A stretch of 59,601 nucleotides of DNA from Rhodobacterales bacterium (GTDB lineage: Bacteria; Pseudomonadota; Alphaproteobacteria; Rhodobacterales; Rhodobacteraceae). The stretch covers positions 1 to 59,601 of the forward strand of contig JAAFHX010000003.1 of assembly GCA_013297695.1 (NCBI GenBank), in the 5' to 3' direction. The notes beneath the pieces are model-generated. The model did no database searches. It was not told where the DNA came from and was given only the letters and a program-made list of their open reading frames with translations. Both the position numbers and the translations under genes were made by a program. Numbering within the stretch: the stretch's first letter is position 1; the number at the start of each line of letters is the position of its first letter. This document shows positions 20,555 to 32,377 of this stretch, piece after piece.

Positions 20555-20581
20555 GGCGGGGGCCTGCGGCAGGCCCCCGCC
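20555..20581 (-). terminator. Hairpin after urtA (terminator or mRNA stabiliser)
   Basis: GGCGGGGGCCTG-CGG-CAGGCCCCCGCC perfect stem with a short U-run on the minus strand. Confidence 0.6.
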
Positions 20582-20590
20582 GGACGGCGA

Positions 20591-21877
20591 TCAGTAGTTG
20601 GACTTGATCTGCACGCAGGTCTTGGTCTCGGTGTTGTACATCCCGCATTTCAGCGTCTGCCAATCCGAGTCCAGCACGGCCGATTCCGGCAGGAAGTCGG
20701 TCCAGGCGTCACCGGCGACCGGCTCGGTCTGGCTGATGATGTCGAACTGGCCATCGGCCTGGATCTCGCCGATCAGCACCGGCTTGGTCAGGTGATGGTT
20801 CGGCAGCATCTTGGCGATCCCGCCGGTCAGGTTCGGCACTTCAAGGCCGTACATCGCCTCGCGCACCGCATCGACGTCGGTGGTGCCCGCCTTCTCGACC
20901 GCCGCAACCCACATCTTGAAGCCGATCATCGTGGCTTCCATCGGGTCGTTGGTGGTGCGCTTGTCGTTGCCGATGAACTCGTGCCAGCCCTTGATGAAGG
21001 CCGCGTTCTCGGGCGTATCCGCCGACTGGAAGTAGTTCCAGGCAGCGAGGTGACCGACAAGGTTCGTCGTGTCGAGGCCCGCGAGTTCTTCCTCGCCCAC
21101 CGAGAAGGCGATGACCGGGATCGTGTCAGCCGTGACGCCCGCCGCCGCGAGTTCCTTGTAGAAGCCGATGTTGGCGTCGCCGTTGATGGTCGAGATGACG
21201 CCGACCTTCTTGCCGTCGGCCCCGAGCGCCACGACGTCGGACACGATCTTGGACCAGTCCGACTGCCCGAACGGCGTGTAGTTGACGAAGATGTCTTCCT
21301 TCGGGATGCCCTTCGAGATCAGGTAGGCCTCAAGGATGTTGTTCGTGGTGCGCGGATAGACGTAGTCGGTGCCCAGGAGCGCGAATTTCTTCACGCCCAG
21401 TTCGTCCAGCATGTAGTCGGTGGCCGGAATGGCCTGCTGGTTCGGCGCCGCGCCGGTGTAGAAGACGTTGTTCGAGCTTTCCTCGCCCTCATACTGCACC
21501 GGGTAGAACAACAGGCCGTTCAGCTCCTCGATCACCGGCAGCACCGACTTGCGGCTGACCGACGTCCAGCAGCCGAAGATCACGTCCACGCCCGACACGG
21601 TGATCAGTTCGCGCGCCTTTTCGGCAAACAGCGGCCAGTCCGACGCCGGGTCCACGACCACAGCTTCCAGTTGCCTGCCCAGCAGGCCGCCCTTGGCGTT
21701 CTGTTCGGCCACCAGCATCAGGACCGTGTCCTTGAGCGTGGTTTCCGAAATCGCCATCGTTCCCGACAGCGAATGCAGCACGCCGACCTTGATCGGGCCG
21801 TCTTCGGCCAGGGCCACGCCCGCCGACAGCGTCGTGGCCAGCACCGCCGAAGCGATGCGGTTGGTGAATGTCTTCAT
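20591..21877 (-). CDS. urtA: Urea ABC substrate-binding protein
   Basis: IKVGVLHSLSGTMAISE, FGCWTSVSRKSVLPV, YPVQYEGEE, GAAPNQQ. Confidence 0.95.
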   Translation of the reverse strand: MKTFTNRIASAVLATTLSAGVALAEDGPIKVGVLHSLSGTMAISETTLKDTVLMLVAEQNAKGGLLGRQLEAVVVDPASDWPLFAEKARELITVSGVDVIFGCWTSVSRKSVLPVIEELNGLLFYPVQYEGEESSNNVFYTGAAPNQQAIPATDYMLDELGVKKFALLGTDYVYPRTTNNILEAYLISKGIPKEDIFVNYTPFGQSDWSKIVSDVVALGADGKKVGVISTINGDANIGFYKELAAAGVTADTIPVIAFSVGEEELAGLDTTNLVGHLAAWNYFQSADTPENAAFIKGWHEFIGNDKRTTNDPMEATMIGFKMWVAAVEKAGTTDVDAVREAMYGLEVPNLTGGIAKMLPNHHLTKPVLIGEIQADGQFDIISQTEPVAGDAWTDFLPESAVLDSDWQTLKCGMYNTETKTCVQIKSNY

Positions 21878-21968
21878 CCTCAGGTGATCCCCTGTTCTTG
21901 CCAGCGGCTCGGGGTGGGCAGACATCTCGCGTCTGGAACTCTGACAAGAGACACCCTATGACACCTTC

Positions 21969-22189
21969 CGCAGCATGTTGTTGCACCCCGTGCGGCGGTG
22001 ACGGACCGCCAAGTACGATCACTGCCGCACATCCCTTGATCGACACCCGACGGCATCGCCCTGCGAATTGAGCGAATCCGGTCCGCAGGGGGAAGGTTTT
22101 TGCGGCAGCGCAGAACCCGGGCCGGACGGGCAAGGTGTGAGTGCCCTTCAAATGTGCGAACTTGCGTCAGGTCGCAAGGAAAGTAGGCG
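21969..22189. promoter_or_regulatory. Three NtrC-like sites upstream of urtA
   Basis: 17-bp GC-N11-GC motifs at 21969-21985 (minus TGCAACAACATGCTGCG), 22142-22158 and 22173-22189. Confidence 0.55.
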
Positions 22190-22233
22190 GTTGATCGCTG
22201 CGTCCAAGGGCGGAAGGGGCTCGGCCCCCTGTC

Positions 22234-23370
22234 TCAACGGCTTCGCAGGGAAAGCCTTTGGCGGGCAGCGGCAAGCGCAAGCTGCAGGGTCAGCCCGCCG
22301 AAGATGATCGCCGTATCAAGCGCAAGGGACGGTGCGGCCACATCCTTGATCGCCTGCCCCAGAAAGCACAGCATCGACCCAAGGGCAAAGACGGGCAGCG
22401 CGTGCCGCCCCATCAGCGCAAGCGGTGCGGCCGGTTGCGACGCGCAGACCCGCCGGACCAGAGGCAGCGACCCAAGAAGATAGGCCAGCGCCAGCATGTG
22501 CAGCAGGCGCGGCCAGGCAAGGTAGGTCTTTTCCACCATCCAGAAAAAGCGGTGGACCCCCTGATCGCCCAGCCAGGTCATCGTCTGCGTGAACCCCTCG
22601 AACACGGCAGGCACCTTTGACCAGGCCAGGCCGAAGACCAGGATCGCCACGGCGACCGCCTGCCACGACTGGCGGACGGGGTAGAACGTCTGACCCTCGC
22701 GCGCCGAAGTGCCCGCCAGCATGCCGATCACGAAGATCAACTGCCACGACAGAGGATTGAAATGCCAGCCGCCGGGATTGGGAAAGTTAGGCAGGTTCCA
22801 TTCCCGCAGCCCGGTCAGCAGCCAGAGCAGCCCCGAAAGCGCCAGCAGCAGGCGCGGACGACGCTGTGCCAGCCACAGCAGCGCTGGACTGGCAAGCAGC
22901 AGCACCGCGTACATCGGCAGGATGTTCAGGTATCCAAGCTGGTGCGTCAGCAGCGGTATGCCGATCAGAAAGCCCGTCGGGTCGCGGAACAGCATCCCCA
23001 GTTCGTTGGCGAACAGCAGGCGGTTCGCGTGAAACCACCGTGCGGTCGCAGCCGCGATGGCGATGGCAACCGCCACGGTCAGCAGATGGACAAGATACAG
23101 CGTCCAGGCCCGGTGCCAGATGCGCCCGACCGTGGGCCAGTACGGCGGGCGGCGCATGCCCCGGCCATAGGCAAGCCCGGCTGCGAGCCCCGACATCAGC
23201 ACAAAGCCTTCGGCGGCATCCGACAGGCCGAAGTTGCGGCTGGTCAGCGTCTCGAAAATGGTGCCGGGAACATGGTTGATGAAGATCATCACCAGTGCCA
23301 GCCCCCGGAATACGTCAAGGCGCGGGTCGCGCAGCGACCCGGGCGTTCGGGGCAAGGAGGGGTCAGGCAT
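22234..23370 (-). CDS. opgC: OpgC glucan succinyltransferase
   Basis: RDPRLDVFRGLAL, NFGLSDAAEGFV, NILPMY, FNPLSWQL; last gene of the opg operon. Confidence 0.88.
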   Translation of the reverse strand: MPDPSLPRTPGSLRDPRLDVFRGLALVMIFINHVPGTIFETLTSRNFGLSDAAEGFVLMSGLAAGLAYGRGMRRPPYWPTVGRIWHRAWTLYLVHLLTVAVAIAIAAATARWFHANRLLFANELGMLFRDPTGFLIGIPLLTHQLGYLNILPMYAVLLLASPALLWLAQRRPRLLLALSGLLWLLTGLREWNLPNFPNPGGWHFNPLSWQLIFVIGMLAGTSAREGQTFYPVRQSWQAVAVAILVFGLAWSKVPAVFEGFTQTMTWLGDQGVHRFFWMVEKTYLAWPRLLHMLALAYLLGSLPLVRRVCASQPAAPLALMGRHALPVFALGSMLCFLGQAIKDVAAPSLALDTAIIFGGLTLQLALAAARQRLSLRSR

Positions 23371-25162
23371 GAACGGGCGCAGCGGCTCCGGCAAGGGCAG
23401 CCGGGGCAGGCATCGCCGCCGCACCCGTCCAGACCCGTAGGATATCTTCATGACGCCCGATCACCGGCGAGGGCGCCAGTTCGGACGGCACCACCATCAG
23501 GCCCGACCGGCTTTCCCGCGAACTCCACGCGATCACGACCGGCGCAAGGCACATCGGCAGCGCGACCGGCATCAACCAGAGAACCAGATCGGGCGCAACC
23601 AGATAGACGCCCCACAGCCCCGCCGCACCGATGACGGCGATCCAGCCGCCCGCCTCCATCCCCTGCATCAGGGTCAGCCGCCCGTCGCCCCGGTTGTTCG
23701 CGGGCCAGCCGCCATCCAGCCCGAACAGCACCTGCAGTACCGACCGGGTCTGGAACATCAGCAGGATCGGTGCCATGATCGAAGAGGTCAGCAGTTCAAC
23801 CGTGGCCGAGGCAAAGCTGCGCAGCGCGCCGCCAAAGCCGCGCGCCCGGCCGGTGGCGATGGCATCCAGCACCATCAGCAGCTTGGGCAGCACCAGCAGC
23901 CCGAAGATGCCCACGCCCAGCCCGATGGCCTTGGCCTTTTCGTCCAGCGGAAAGACCGGAAAGGGCCAGTTTGCATCGGGGAAGTAGTCTGGCGGGGCGG
24001 AAAACACCTGTGCCGCCACCGAGGCCAGGATGAAGGCCAGCCAGAACAGCGGCACGACATAGGACAGGATGCCCTGCAGGAAGACCCACCTGCTCCACCC
24101 CTTCAGGCCGGGGGCCAGCAGCAGGCGGCCGTGCTGCAGGTTGCCCTGGCACCAGCGGCGGTCGCGTTTCGCATGGTCGATGATGTTCTCGGGGCCCTCC
24201 TCGAACGAGCCCTCCAGATCGTCGTCCAGCCGCACCGTCCAGCCCGCCCGCGCGAGCAGCGCCGCCTCGACATAGTCATGGCTCAGGATATGCCCGCCGA
24301 ACGGGGGCGGCCCCGAAAGCTCGGGCAGGCCGCAGCTTGCTGCAAAGGCGCGGGTACGCACGATTGCGTTGTGGCCCCAGAACGGGCCGGTGCGGCCCTG
24401 CATCATCGCCAGACCGCGCGCGAAGACCGGCGAATAGAAACTTGCCGAAAACTGCATCGTGCGCCCGAAGCGCGACCGTGCGTTGATCACGCGCGGCAGG
24501 CTTTGCAGCAGGCCAAGGCGTGGGTCGGCCTCCATCCGGCGCACCATCTCCAGGATCGTCTCGCCTTCCATCAGGCTGTCGGCATCCAGAATCAGCGCGT
24601 GGTCATAGGCTGCGCCGGACCGCGTGATGAAATCCTCGATATTGCCTGCCTTCTTGCCGGTGTTCGCCGTGCGGCGGCGATAGAAGATGCGCCCGGCGGC
24701 CCTTCGGTCACGGATCAGGCGCAGGAACCACAGCCGCTCCTGTTCCGCGATGCGGTCGTTGCGGGTGTCGGACAGGATCGCGAAATGGACCACGGCGTCA
24801 GAGCCGGTTGCCACAACCGATGCATCCATCGCCGCCACGCGGGCAAAGGTGGTCACCGGGTCCTCGTTGTAGACCGGCACCAGGACCACGGTCCGTGCGG
24901 TGATCGGACCAGAGGGCACGAAAACGGGCTGTGCCCGCGTCGTCAGCCCCAGAAGACCCTGCGCCGCGCCCCAGGCCAACCAGAAGGTCGACAGAAGGAT
25001 CAGCATGCTGCGCAGCAGGTCGATCCCGTCCAGACCGTCAGCCGCCCCGAACTGCAGGAACATCATGAACCCGGTCAGCGCGGCCAGCAGGCTGACCGCA
25101 AAGACCAGTGCGCGCGATCCTGCCGTGCGTGCACGGCGAATGTCTGGCCCGGCAGCGGCCAC
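23363..25162 (-). CDS. opgH: Glucans biosynthesis glucosyltransferase
   Basis: PVYNED, KAGNIEDF, LDADS, FWGHNA, SHDYVEA, RDRRWCQGNLQH. Confidence 0.95.
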   Translation of the reverse strand: MAAAGPDIRRARTAGSRALVFAVSLLAALTGFMMFLQFGAADGLDGIDLLRSMLILLSTFWLAWGAAQGLLGLTTRAQPVFVPSGPITARTVVLVPVYNEDPVTTFARVAAMDASVVATGSDAVVHFAILSDTRNDRIAEQERLWFLRLIRDRRAAGRIFYRRRTANTGKKAGNIEDFITRSGAAYDHALILDADSLMEGETILEMVRRMEADPRLGLLQSLPRVINARSRFGRTMQFSASFYSPVFARGLAMMQGRTGPFWGHNAIVRTRAFAASCGLPELSGPPPFGGHILSHDYVEAALLARAGWTVRLDDDLEGSFEEGPENIIDHAKRDRRWCQGNLQHGRLLLAPGLKGWSRWVFLQGILSYVVPLFWLAFILASVAAQVFSAPPDYFPDANWPFPVFPLDEKAKAIGLGVGIFGLLVLPKLLMVLDAIATGRARGFGGALRSFASATVELLTSSIMAPILLMFQTRSVLQVLFGLDGGWPANNRGDGRLTLMQGMEAGGWIAVIGAAGLWGVYLVAPDLVLWLMPVALPMCLAPVVIAWSSRESRSGLMVVPSELAPSPVIGRHEDILRVWTGAAAMPAPAALAGAAAPVHA

Positions 25163-25165
25163 CGC

Positions 25166-25348
25166 CTAGCCCCGGCTGGCGCGTGCGGCGAAGGGGCGCA
25201 GCAGTGCTGAGATCAGCCCGCTGCCGACCTCGCCCACCGGTTCCAGCCGCTGCTTTGGCATCGCCAGCGGCGCATCGGGCAGGGCCCCGATCTGCGCGAC
25301 CAACTGCACGATCTGGCCGCTGTCGAAACCGTTCTCGCCCGCGTTCAT
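25166..25348 (-). CDS. opgI: Small OpgI-like protein
   Basis: 60-aa ORF between opgG and opgH with ATGA overlap and LPDAPLAMPKQRL motif; matches the Rhodobacter opgGIHC layout. Confidence 0.65.
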   Translation of the reverse strand: MNAGENGFDSGQIVQLVAQIGALPDAPLAMPKQRLEPVGEVGSGLISALLRPFAARASRG

Positions 25349-26943
25349 GCCACAACCCATTGATACAGCCACTGTTCGGTCAGCTTGCGGCCGAACCCCG
25401 CGACATGCGCCGCCAGTTCCACCGTCGCACCGGGTTCCGCCGCGACGTCCACTACCAGCCGCCAGGTGTTGGTCTGCGGCACCGGTGACAGGATCTGCGT
25501 CATGATCTGCCCGCCGGTGACCGAGGTCACCGCTTCGACCTTGGCATCCTCGCCAAGGGCTGCAAGCAGGCCGCCGCGGAAATCGATCACGAACTTGCGG
25601 ATGCCCGCCGTGGCTTCGACCCCCGACACGCCGCCGACGCCCGACCGGGTTTCGGCCACATAGGCGCGTCCGTCACCATCGTCATGCGGCAGGTTGCCCC
25701 ACCGCAGCCGATAGCTGAACTCGCGCGATTCGCCCGCCTTGACGGGTGCTTCGGGAATCCAGAAGGCAACGATGTTGTCGTTGATCTCCAGATCGGTCGG
25801 AATCTCGAACAGCCGAACCGTTCCGCGGCCCCAGTCGCCGATCGGCTCCACGTCCAGCGAGGGGCGCAGTTCGTAATGCGCCGACGGGTCCTGATAATTC
25901 ACGAAATCGCGGTCGCGCTGGTGCAGGCCAAAGCTGCGCGGGTTTTCCTCGGCAAAGTAGGACCCGGCCAGACGGACAGGGTTGTTCAGCGGACGCCACA
26001 GGATATCGCCATCCGCCCGCACGATGCGCAGCCCGTCGCTGTCATGCACGTTGGGGCGATAGTCGTCGAACTGGTGGCGGTTCTGCTGCGAAAACAGGAA
26101 CATCGAGGTCAGGGGCGCAACCCCCAACTGCTCGACATCGGTGCGGAAGAACAGCCGGGCCGTAACCTCCATGACCGTCTCGGCACCCGGCGTGATGACG
26201 AACCGGTAGGCCCCTGTCACGCTTGGGCTTTCCAGCGTGGCATGGACTGTGATCGTTTCCCGGAAGGCACCCGGCCGTTCGATGTAGAACCGCGAAAAGC
26301 GCGGGAATTCCTCGGCCTGTGACAGGCCGGTGTTGATGCCCAGGCCGCGCGCGGACAGGCCATAGGCGTTGCCGCGGCCAAGCGCCCGGAAATAGCTGGC
26401 CCCAAGGAATGCAGCCAGTTCGTCCCAGACATCGGGGCGGTTCAGCGGGTGGTGCAGCCGGAACCCCGCCACGCCCGGCATCTCGGCATGTTCGGGAATG
26501 CGGGTCGCCAGGTCGTTCAGGTATTCGAAGTCGTCGGTGCTGATCGGCATGGGCGTCGCCTGGTCGCCCGATACCTCGAACAGCAGCACAGGTTCCTTGA
26601 ACAGCCATCCCATCGAGAACGCCTGCAACCGGAAGAAGCTGTCGTCCTCGGCCCACCGCGCCCGGTCGGGCCGGAACCGGATCAGGCGGTAATCGTCATA
26701 TTTCAGGTCGTCGAGGAAGCTGGGCGTCACCGTCGGCGCTGCGTAAGGCAGCGCGGCCAGATCCCGCATCTCGGCGGTCAACGTGTCGAACGAGAATTGC
26801 TGCGGCGCGGCAGGTGCGGCGGCCCCGTCAGCCAGCGCCCGAAGCGGCAGTGCCGTGGTGGCCAGAAGCATGGCTCCGACCGACCCGAGAGCCAGAACGG
26901 AACGGCGGTTCAGTCGCGGGTTTTCCAGTACTGTGGCACGCAT
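25345..26943 (-). CDS. opgG: Glucans biosynthesis protein OpgG/OpgD family, Tat-exported
   Basis: NRRSVL twin-arginine signal, FLGASYFRA, YGLSARGL, EEFPRF, DYRPNVHDSDGL. Confidence 0.93.
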   Translation of the reverse strand: MRATVLENPRLNRRSVLALGSVGAMLLATTALPLRALADGAAAPAAPQQFSFDTLTAEMRDLAALPYAAPTVTPSFLDDLKYDDYRLIRFRPDRARWAEDDSFFRLQAFSMGWLFKEPVLLFEVSGDQATPMPISTDDFEYLNDLATRIPEHAEMPGVAGFRLHHPLNRPDVWDELAAFLGASYFRALGRGNAYGLSARGLGINTGLSQAEEFPRFSRFYIERPGAFRETITVHATLESPSVTGAYRFVITPGAETVMEVTARLFFRTDVEQLGVAPLTSMFLFSQQNRHQFDDYRPNVHDSDGLRIVRADGDILWRPLNNPVRLAGSYFAEENPRSFGLHQRDRDFVNYQDPSAHYELRPSLDVEPIGDWGRGTVRLFEIPTDLEINDNIVAFWIPEAPVKAGESREFSYRLRWGNLPHDDGDGRAYVAETRSGVGGVSGVEATAGIRKFVIDFRGGLLAALGEDAKVEAVTSVTGGQIMTQILSPVPQTNTWRLVVDVAAEPGATVELAAHVAGFGRKLTEQWLYQWVVA

Positions 26944-27279
26944 CCCGGATTCAGTTTCCCATTAATTTCTGCGCCCTAGGTCGCATGCCCTGCGCGCGTT
27001 TGCCAGATTCGCTATACTGCGATCTGGTCAAGCCTGCCATGCAGTGCAATCATGGCTCACGCAAAGGGGACAATCGGTCGCGCCCGCGTGAGGGTCTGAA
27101 ACACTCTTTCCTATGGCTGTGCGCATGCAGCATTCCCCGCGAACACCGATGGCACTCTGCGCTGCGGCAGGCAAGGACCCCGCCTTGCCCGCGCGGAAGT
27201 CTGGCAGGGAATCGCCGAAAAAACACGCAATCCGAACGCAAAGCGGCGGAATTCTGCGTCAGACGCGGTCTGGCGCGGG

Positions 27280-28716
27280 CTACCCGCGCAGGTAATCCTG
27301 CAGAACAGCCGCCGTACCGCGCGACCACAGGTCATTCAACGCTCGGGTGAACTCGGCGATCACCGCAGGGTCGCGGCCTGTCGCGCCATAGATGTCGTCC
27401 ATGGCCAGCCACCGCGCCGGCTCGGCGCGCGCCGTCTGCGCGGTTTCGGTCAGCCGCCCCCAGTTGGGATCGTTGGGCGCGATCACCGCGCCGCTGTCGC
27501 TGACCCCGGCGCAATAGCGGCACCAGAGCGCCGATTCGAGGATCAGCCCCCTCGGCACCCGTCCCGCCGCAAGGTTGTCGCGCAGGGATGGCAGGATGAA
27601 CTTCGGCTGCCGGTTCGACCCGTCCAGGCACAGCCTGCGAATCGTGTCGGCAATCTCGGGGTTGGCAAAGCGGGACTGGATCAGCGTGAAATAGGCGGTC
27701 AGGTCGGTGTCGGGCACGGGCGGGACCAGCGGGATGATCTCGTCCCGCTCCACCTTGTCCAGAAAGCCCGCGATCAGCGGATGGGCCATCGCCTCGTGCA
27801 CCAGGTCGATATCCATCAAGCCGCCCGGATAGGCGATGATCGCATGGCCGCCGTTCAGGATGCGGATCTTCATCGCCTCATAGGCGTGGACATGGGGGGT
27901 GAAGGTCACGCCGACCCGTTCCAGCGGCGGCCGACCCGCAGGGAAGTTGTCTTCCAGAACCCATTGCCGAAAGGGTTCGCAGGTTACGGGAACGGGGTCC
28001 TTCAGGCCAAAGCTGGCAGCCAAGGCCCGTTCACGCGGACCGGTCGCCGGGGTGATCCTGTCCACCATACCGTTCGGGAAAGCGACGTTCGCCTCAACCC
28101 AGTCGGCCAGGCCCTGGTCCGACAGCCGCGCAAGGCCCGTTACGGCATCATGGGTCACATGCCCGTTGCCCGGCAGGTTGTCGCAGGACATGACGGTGAA
28201 GGGAACGACTCCCGCCGCCCGGCGCAGCTTCAGCGCCGCAAGGATTGCGCCGAAGGCGGTCGCGGGCCGGCCGGGGGCGGCACCATCCGCCACGATCTCG
28301 GGCGCGGTCGGATCAAAGCGGCCGGTCGCAGGATCGACGAAGTAGCCGCCTTCCGTCACGGTCAGCGAGACGATGCGGATCGCCGGATCGGCCATCGCGA
28401 CGATCAGCGCGGCATTGTCGGGCTGCACCTCGACAAAGCCCGTCATCGCCCCGACCCGTCGGGCCCGGTGGCCCGCCGGATCAAGCTCGATCACCGTGGA
28501 CAGACAATCCTGCGCCAGAAGCGCGTCGCGCATCCGGGCATCGCCCTCGCGCACCCCTGCGCCCAGGATCGCCCAGTCATGGCCAAGCCCCATCGCGAAC
28601 AGGTCATCCAGATAGACGGCCTGATGCGCGCGGTGAAAGTTGCCAAGGCCGATGTGCACGATGCCGGGGGTCAGCCGGGCGCGGTCATAGGCGGGAAGGG
28701 CGACATCCCTGGTCAT
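27280..28716 (-). CDS. mtlK: Mannitol 2-dehydrogenase
   Basis: GIVHIGLGNFHRAHQA, SCDNLPGNG, FPNGMVDRITP, MKIRILNGGH. Confidence 0.93.
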   Translation of the reverse strand: MTRDVALPAYDRARLTPGIVHIGLGNFHRAHQAVYLDDLFAMGLGHDWAILGAGVREGDARMRDALLAQDCLSTVIELDPAGHRARRVGAMTGFVEVQPDNAALIVAMADPAIRIVSLTVTEGGYFVDPATGRFDPTAPEIVADGAAPGRPATAFGAILAALKLRRAAGVVPFTVMSCDNLPGNGHVTHDAVTGLARLSDQGLADWVEANVAFPNGMVDRITPATGPRERALAASFGLKDPVPVTCEPFRQWVLEDNFPAGRPPLERVGVTFTPHVHAYEAMKIRILNGGHAIIAYPGGLMDIDLVHEAMAHPLIAGFLDKVERDEIIPLVPPVPDTDLTAYFTLIQSRFANPEIADTIRRLCLDGSNRQPKFILPSLRDNLAAGRVPRGLILESALWCRYCAGVSDSGAVIAPNDPNWGRLTETAQTARAEPARWLAMDDIYGATGRDPAVIAEFTRALNDLWSRGTAAVLQDYLRG

Positions 28717-28717
28717 T

Positions 28718-29482
28718 TCAGCTCATCCATTGCCCGCCATCCACATTCAGCGTCTGCGCCACGATGTATTCCGCCTCGGCCGAGGCAAGGAACACCGCCG
28801 CCCCGGTCAGATCACCCGGCAATCCCATCCGGCCATAGGGAACACCCTGCCCGACCTCGCGCTTTTTCTGGCCGGGGGCCTTGCCCTCGTACCTGGCAAA
28901 CAGCGCATCCACCTGGTCCCACATGGGCGTATCGACCACCCCGGGGGCAATGCCGTTCACATTGATGCCGTGGCGGATCAGGTCCAGCCCCGCCGATTGC
29001 GTCAGGCTGATGACGGCGGCCTTGCTGGCGCAATAGACGGCAACCAGCGCCTCGCCCCGCCGCCCGGCCTGGCTTGCCATGTTGATGATCTTGCCGCCGC
29101 GCCCCTGTGCAATCATGCGCCGCGCCACCGCCTGCAGCGGAAACAGCGTGCCCGCCACGTTCACGCTGAAGATGCGGTCATAGCTTTCGCGGGTGATCTC
29201 GACGATGGGTGCAAGATCGAAGACTGCGGCGTTGTTCAGCAGGATGTCGATGCCCCCGCCCCAGTCGGCCGCCGCCGCCACGCCCGCGTCGATGGACGCC
29301 TGATCGGTCACGTTCATCGTGACGCCCAATGCCCGTTCGCCCAGTGCCGCCGCCGCCGCCTCGGCCCCGGTCACGTCCGCAAGGACCACCCGCGCCCCCT
29401 CGCGCAGGTACGCCTCGGCAAAGGCCAGCCCGATGCCGCGTGCGGCCCCGGTGATGATGGCGGTCTTGTCCTGCAATCTCAT
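28718..29482 (-). CDS. smoS: Sorbitol (L-iditol) dehydrogenase, SDR family
   Basis: TGAARGIG, NMASQAGRRGE, YCASKAA; position in the smo operon. Confidence 0.9.
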   Translation of the reverse strand: MRLQDKTAIITGAARGIGLAFAEAYLREGARVVLADVTGAEAAAAALGERALGVTMNVTDQASIDAGVAAAADWGGGIDILLNNAAVFDLAPIVEITRESYDRIFSVNVAGTLFPLQAVARRMIAQGRGGKIINMASQAGRRGEALVAVYCASKAAVISLTQSAGLDLIRHGINVNGIAPGVVDTPMWDQVDALFARYEGKAPGQKKREVGQGVPYGRMGLPGDLTGAAVFLASAEAEYIVAQTLNVDGGQWMS

Positions 29483-29483
29483 C

Positions 29484-30482
<999 letters not shown>

Positions 30483-30493
30483 GCCGGTTCTTC

Positions 30494-31324
30494 CTATTTT
30501 ACCGCGCCGAAGGTCAGGCCGCGGACAAGTTGCTTCTGGCTGAACCAGCCCAGGATCAGGATCGGCGCGATGGCCATGACCGATGCCGCGCTGAGCTTGG
30601 CGTAGAACAGCCCCTCGGGGCTGGAATAGCTGGCGATGAAGGCGGTCAGGGGGGCGGCATCGCTTGCCGTCAACCGCAGCGTCCAGAACGCCTCGTTCCA
30701 GGCAAGGATCACGTTCAGAAGCAGCGTCGAGGCAATGCCGGGTACCGCCATCGGTGCCAGGATATACAGGATTTCGCGCTTCAGGTCGGCCCCGTCCATC
30801 CGGCAGGCTTCTAGGATTTCTCCCGGGATTTCCTTGAAATAGGTGTACAGCATCCAGACGATGATCGGCAGGTTGATCAGCGTCAGCACCCCCACCAGCC
30901 CCGCCAGCGTGTCCAGAAGCCCGAAGTCGCGGAAGATCAGGTACATCGGCACCAGAACGCCCGCCGCCGGCATCATCTTGGTCGACAGCATCCACATCAG
31001 CAGGTCCTTGGTCCGCCGACCCGGAACAAAGGCCATGGCCCAGGCCGCCGGTATCGCGATCAGCAGGCCGATCAGCGTGGACCCGACCGAGATCACCACC
31101 GAATTCCAGAAATGCTTGAAATAGTCCGACCGTTCCTGCACCTCGGCATAGGCCTCGAAGGTCCAGGGTGCCCGCAGCATCGCCAAGGGTGCGGCAATCG
31201 CATCGCCTTCGGACTTGAACGACAGCACCACGATCCACAGGATCGGAAAGAAGATCACAAGGCCGATGGTCCAGGCAAGGATGCCGGTCAGCAGGCTGCG
31301 GCGGGCGGAGACGGCGCGTGCCAT
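30494..31324 (-). CDS. smoG: Polyol ABC permease
   Basis: CUT1 permease with EAA loop ([10 protein letters not shown]) and [14 protein letters not shown] tail. Confidence 0.88.
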   Translation of the reverse strand: MARAVSARRSLLTGILAWTIGLVIFFPILWIVVLSFKSEGDAIAAPLAMLRAPWTFEAYAEVQERSDYFKHFWNSVVISVGSTLIGLLIAIPAAWAMAFVPGRRTKDLLMWMLSTKMMPAAGVLVPMYLIFRDFGLLDTLAGLVGVLTLINLPIIVWMLYTYFKEIPGEILEACRMDGADLKREILYILAPMAVPGIASTLLLNVILAWNEAFWTLRLTASDAAPLTAFIASYSSPEGLFYAKLSAASVMAIAPILILGWFSQKQLVRGLTFGAVK

Positions 31325-31327
31325 GGT

Positions 31328-32203
31328 TCAGGTCTCCAGGTTCTTGCCGATCGCGCGCATCAGGAAGAACGCGACGATGTTGGCCAGGATGATCGCGATT
31401 ACGCCGCCCGCAGCCCCCATGCCCACGTCGTTGTCCACGATCGAGGCGAGGTAGACCAGGAACGGCAGGTTCAGCGAGGCGGTGCCCGGCCCCCCGTTGG
31501 TGGTGACAAGAATTTCGGCATAGACCGACAGAAGAAAGATCGTCTGGATCAGGATCACCACCGTGATCGCCCGCGTCATGTGCGGCAGCACGATGTAGAC
31601 AAAGCGCGACCAGGCCCCCGCCCCGTCCATCTCGGCCGCCTCGATCTGCTCGCGGTCAAGGCTCTGCAACGCGGTCAGCAGGATCAGCGTGGCAAAGGGC
31701 AGCCATTGCCAGGCCACCATGATGATGACCGACATCAGCGGTGCCTGCCCGAGGAAATCGAACCCGGCCTGCGCCCCGAAGGCTTGCGCGATATGGCCGA
31801 AAAAGCCGTTCACCGGGTTCATGAACATGTTCTTCCAGACCAGCGCCGATACGGTGGGCATCACGAAGAACGGTGCCAGAACCAGCAGCCGCACGATCCC
31901 CTGCCCCCGGAACGGCTGGTCCAGCAGCAGGGCCAGCAGGATGCCGCCGATGGTGGTGATCGCCAGAACCCCCAGCACCAGCACCAGCGTGTTGCGGATC
32001 GCGGCACCAAAGCGGAAATCCGTGACGAAGTACCGATAGTTGTCCCAGCCCGCAAAGCCGGTCCGGTCGGGATACAGCAGGTTGTACTGCTGGAAACTGA
32101 ACCACAGCGTCATCGCCAGCGGCACGATCATCCAGATCAGCAGCACGCCCACGGCGGGCGAGATCATCAGGCGCGCGGCAGCGCGGGAATGCTGGGTGGC
32201 CAT
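31328..32203 (-). CDS. smoF: Polyol ABC permease
   Basis: [14 protein letters not shown]-terminus; EAAEMDGA loop. Confidence 0.88.
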   Translation of the reverse strand: MATQHSRAAARLMISPAVGVLLIWMIVPLAMTLWFSFQQYNLLYPDRTGFAGWDNYRYFVTDFRFGAAIRNTLVLVLGVLAITTIGGILLALLLDQPFRGQGIVRLLVLAPFFVMPTVSALVWKNMFMNPVNGFFGHIAQAFGAQAGFDFLGQAPLMSVIIMVAWQWLPFATLILLTALQSLDREQIEAAEMDGAGAWSRFVYIVLPHMTRAITVVILIQTIFLLSVYAEILVTTNGGPGTASLNLPFLVYLASIVDNDVGMGAAGGVIAIILANIVAFFLMRAIGKNLET

Positions 32204-32247
32204 GACGTCAGGTCCTTGGTCCCGGGCCCGGATGAAACCTTTCAGGC

Positions 32248-32298
32248 TTCATCTTGGCGAAAATATCCCACGGGGGTCCGGGGGTGTGAAACCCCCGG
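32248..32298 (-). repeat. REP-like element family A, copy 2
   Basis: Minus strand CCGGGGG-TTTCACA-CCCCCGG ACCCCCGTGGGATATTTTCGCCAAGATGAA, between smoE and smoF. Confidence 0.75.
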
Positions 32299-32377
32299 CG
32301 GTGGGGGCATGAAGCCGCTTGGGAAGGAAGAAGCGGCGGGGCCGATCCGCGAACCGGTCCCGCCATGAGAGGACGGC

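Noticed and set aside
27150-27166. TGGCAC...TGC sigma-54-like motif near opgG
   Set aside because: GG-GC spacing is 11 rather than 10 nt, and it is on the wrong strand for opgG.
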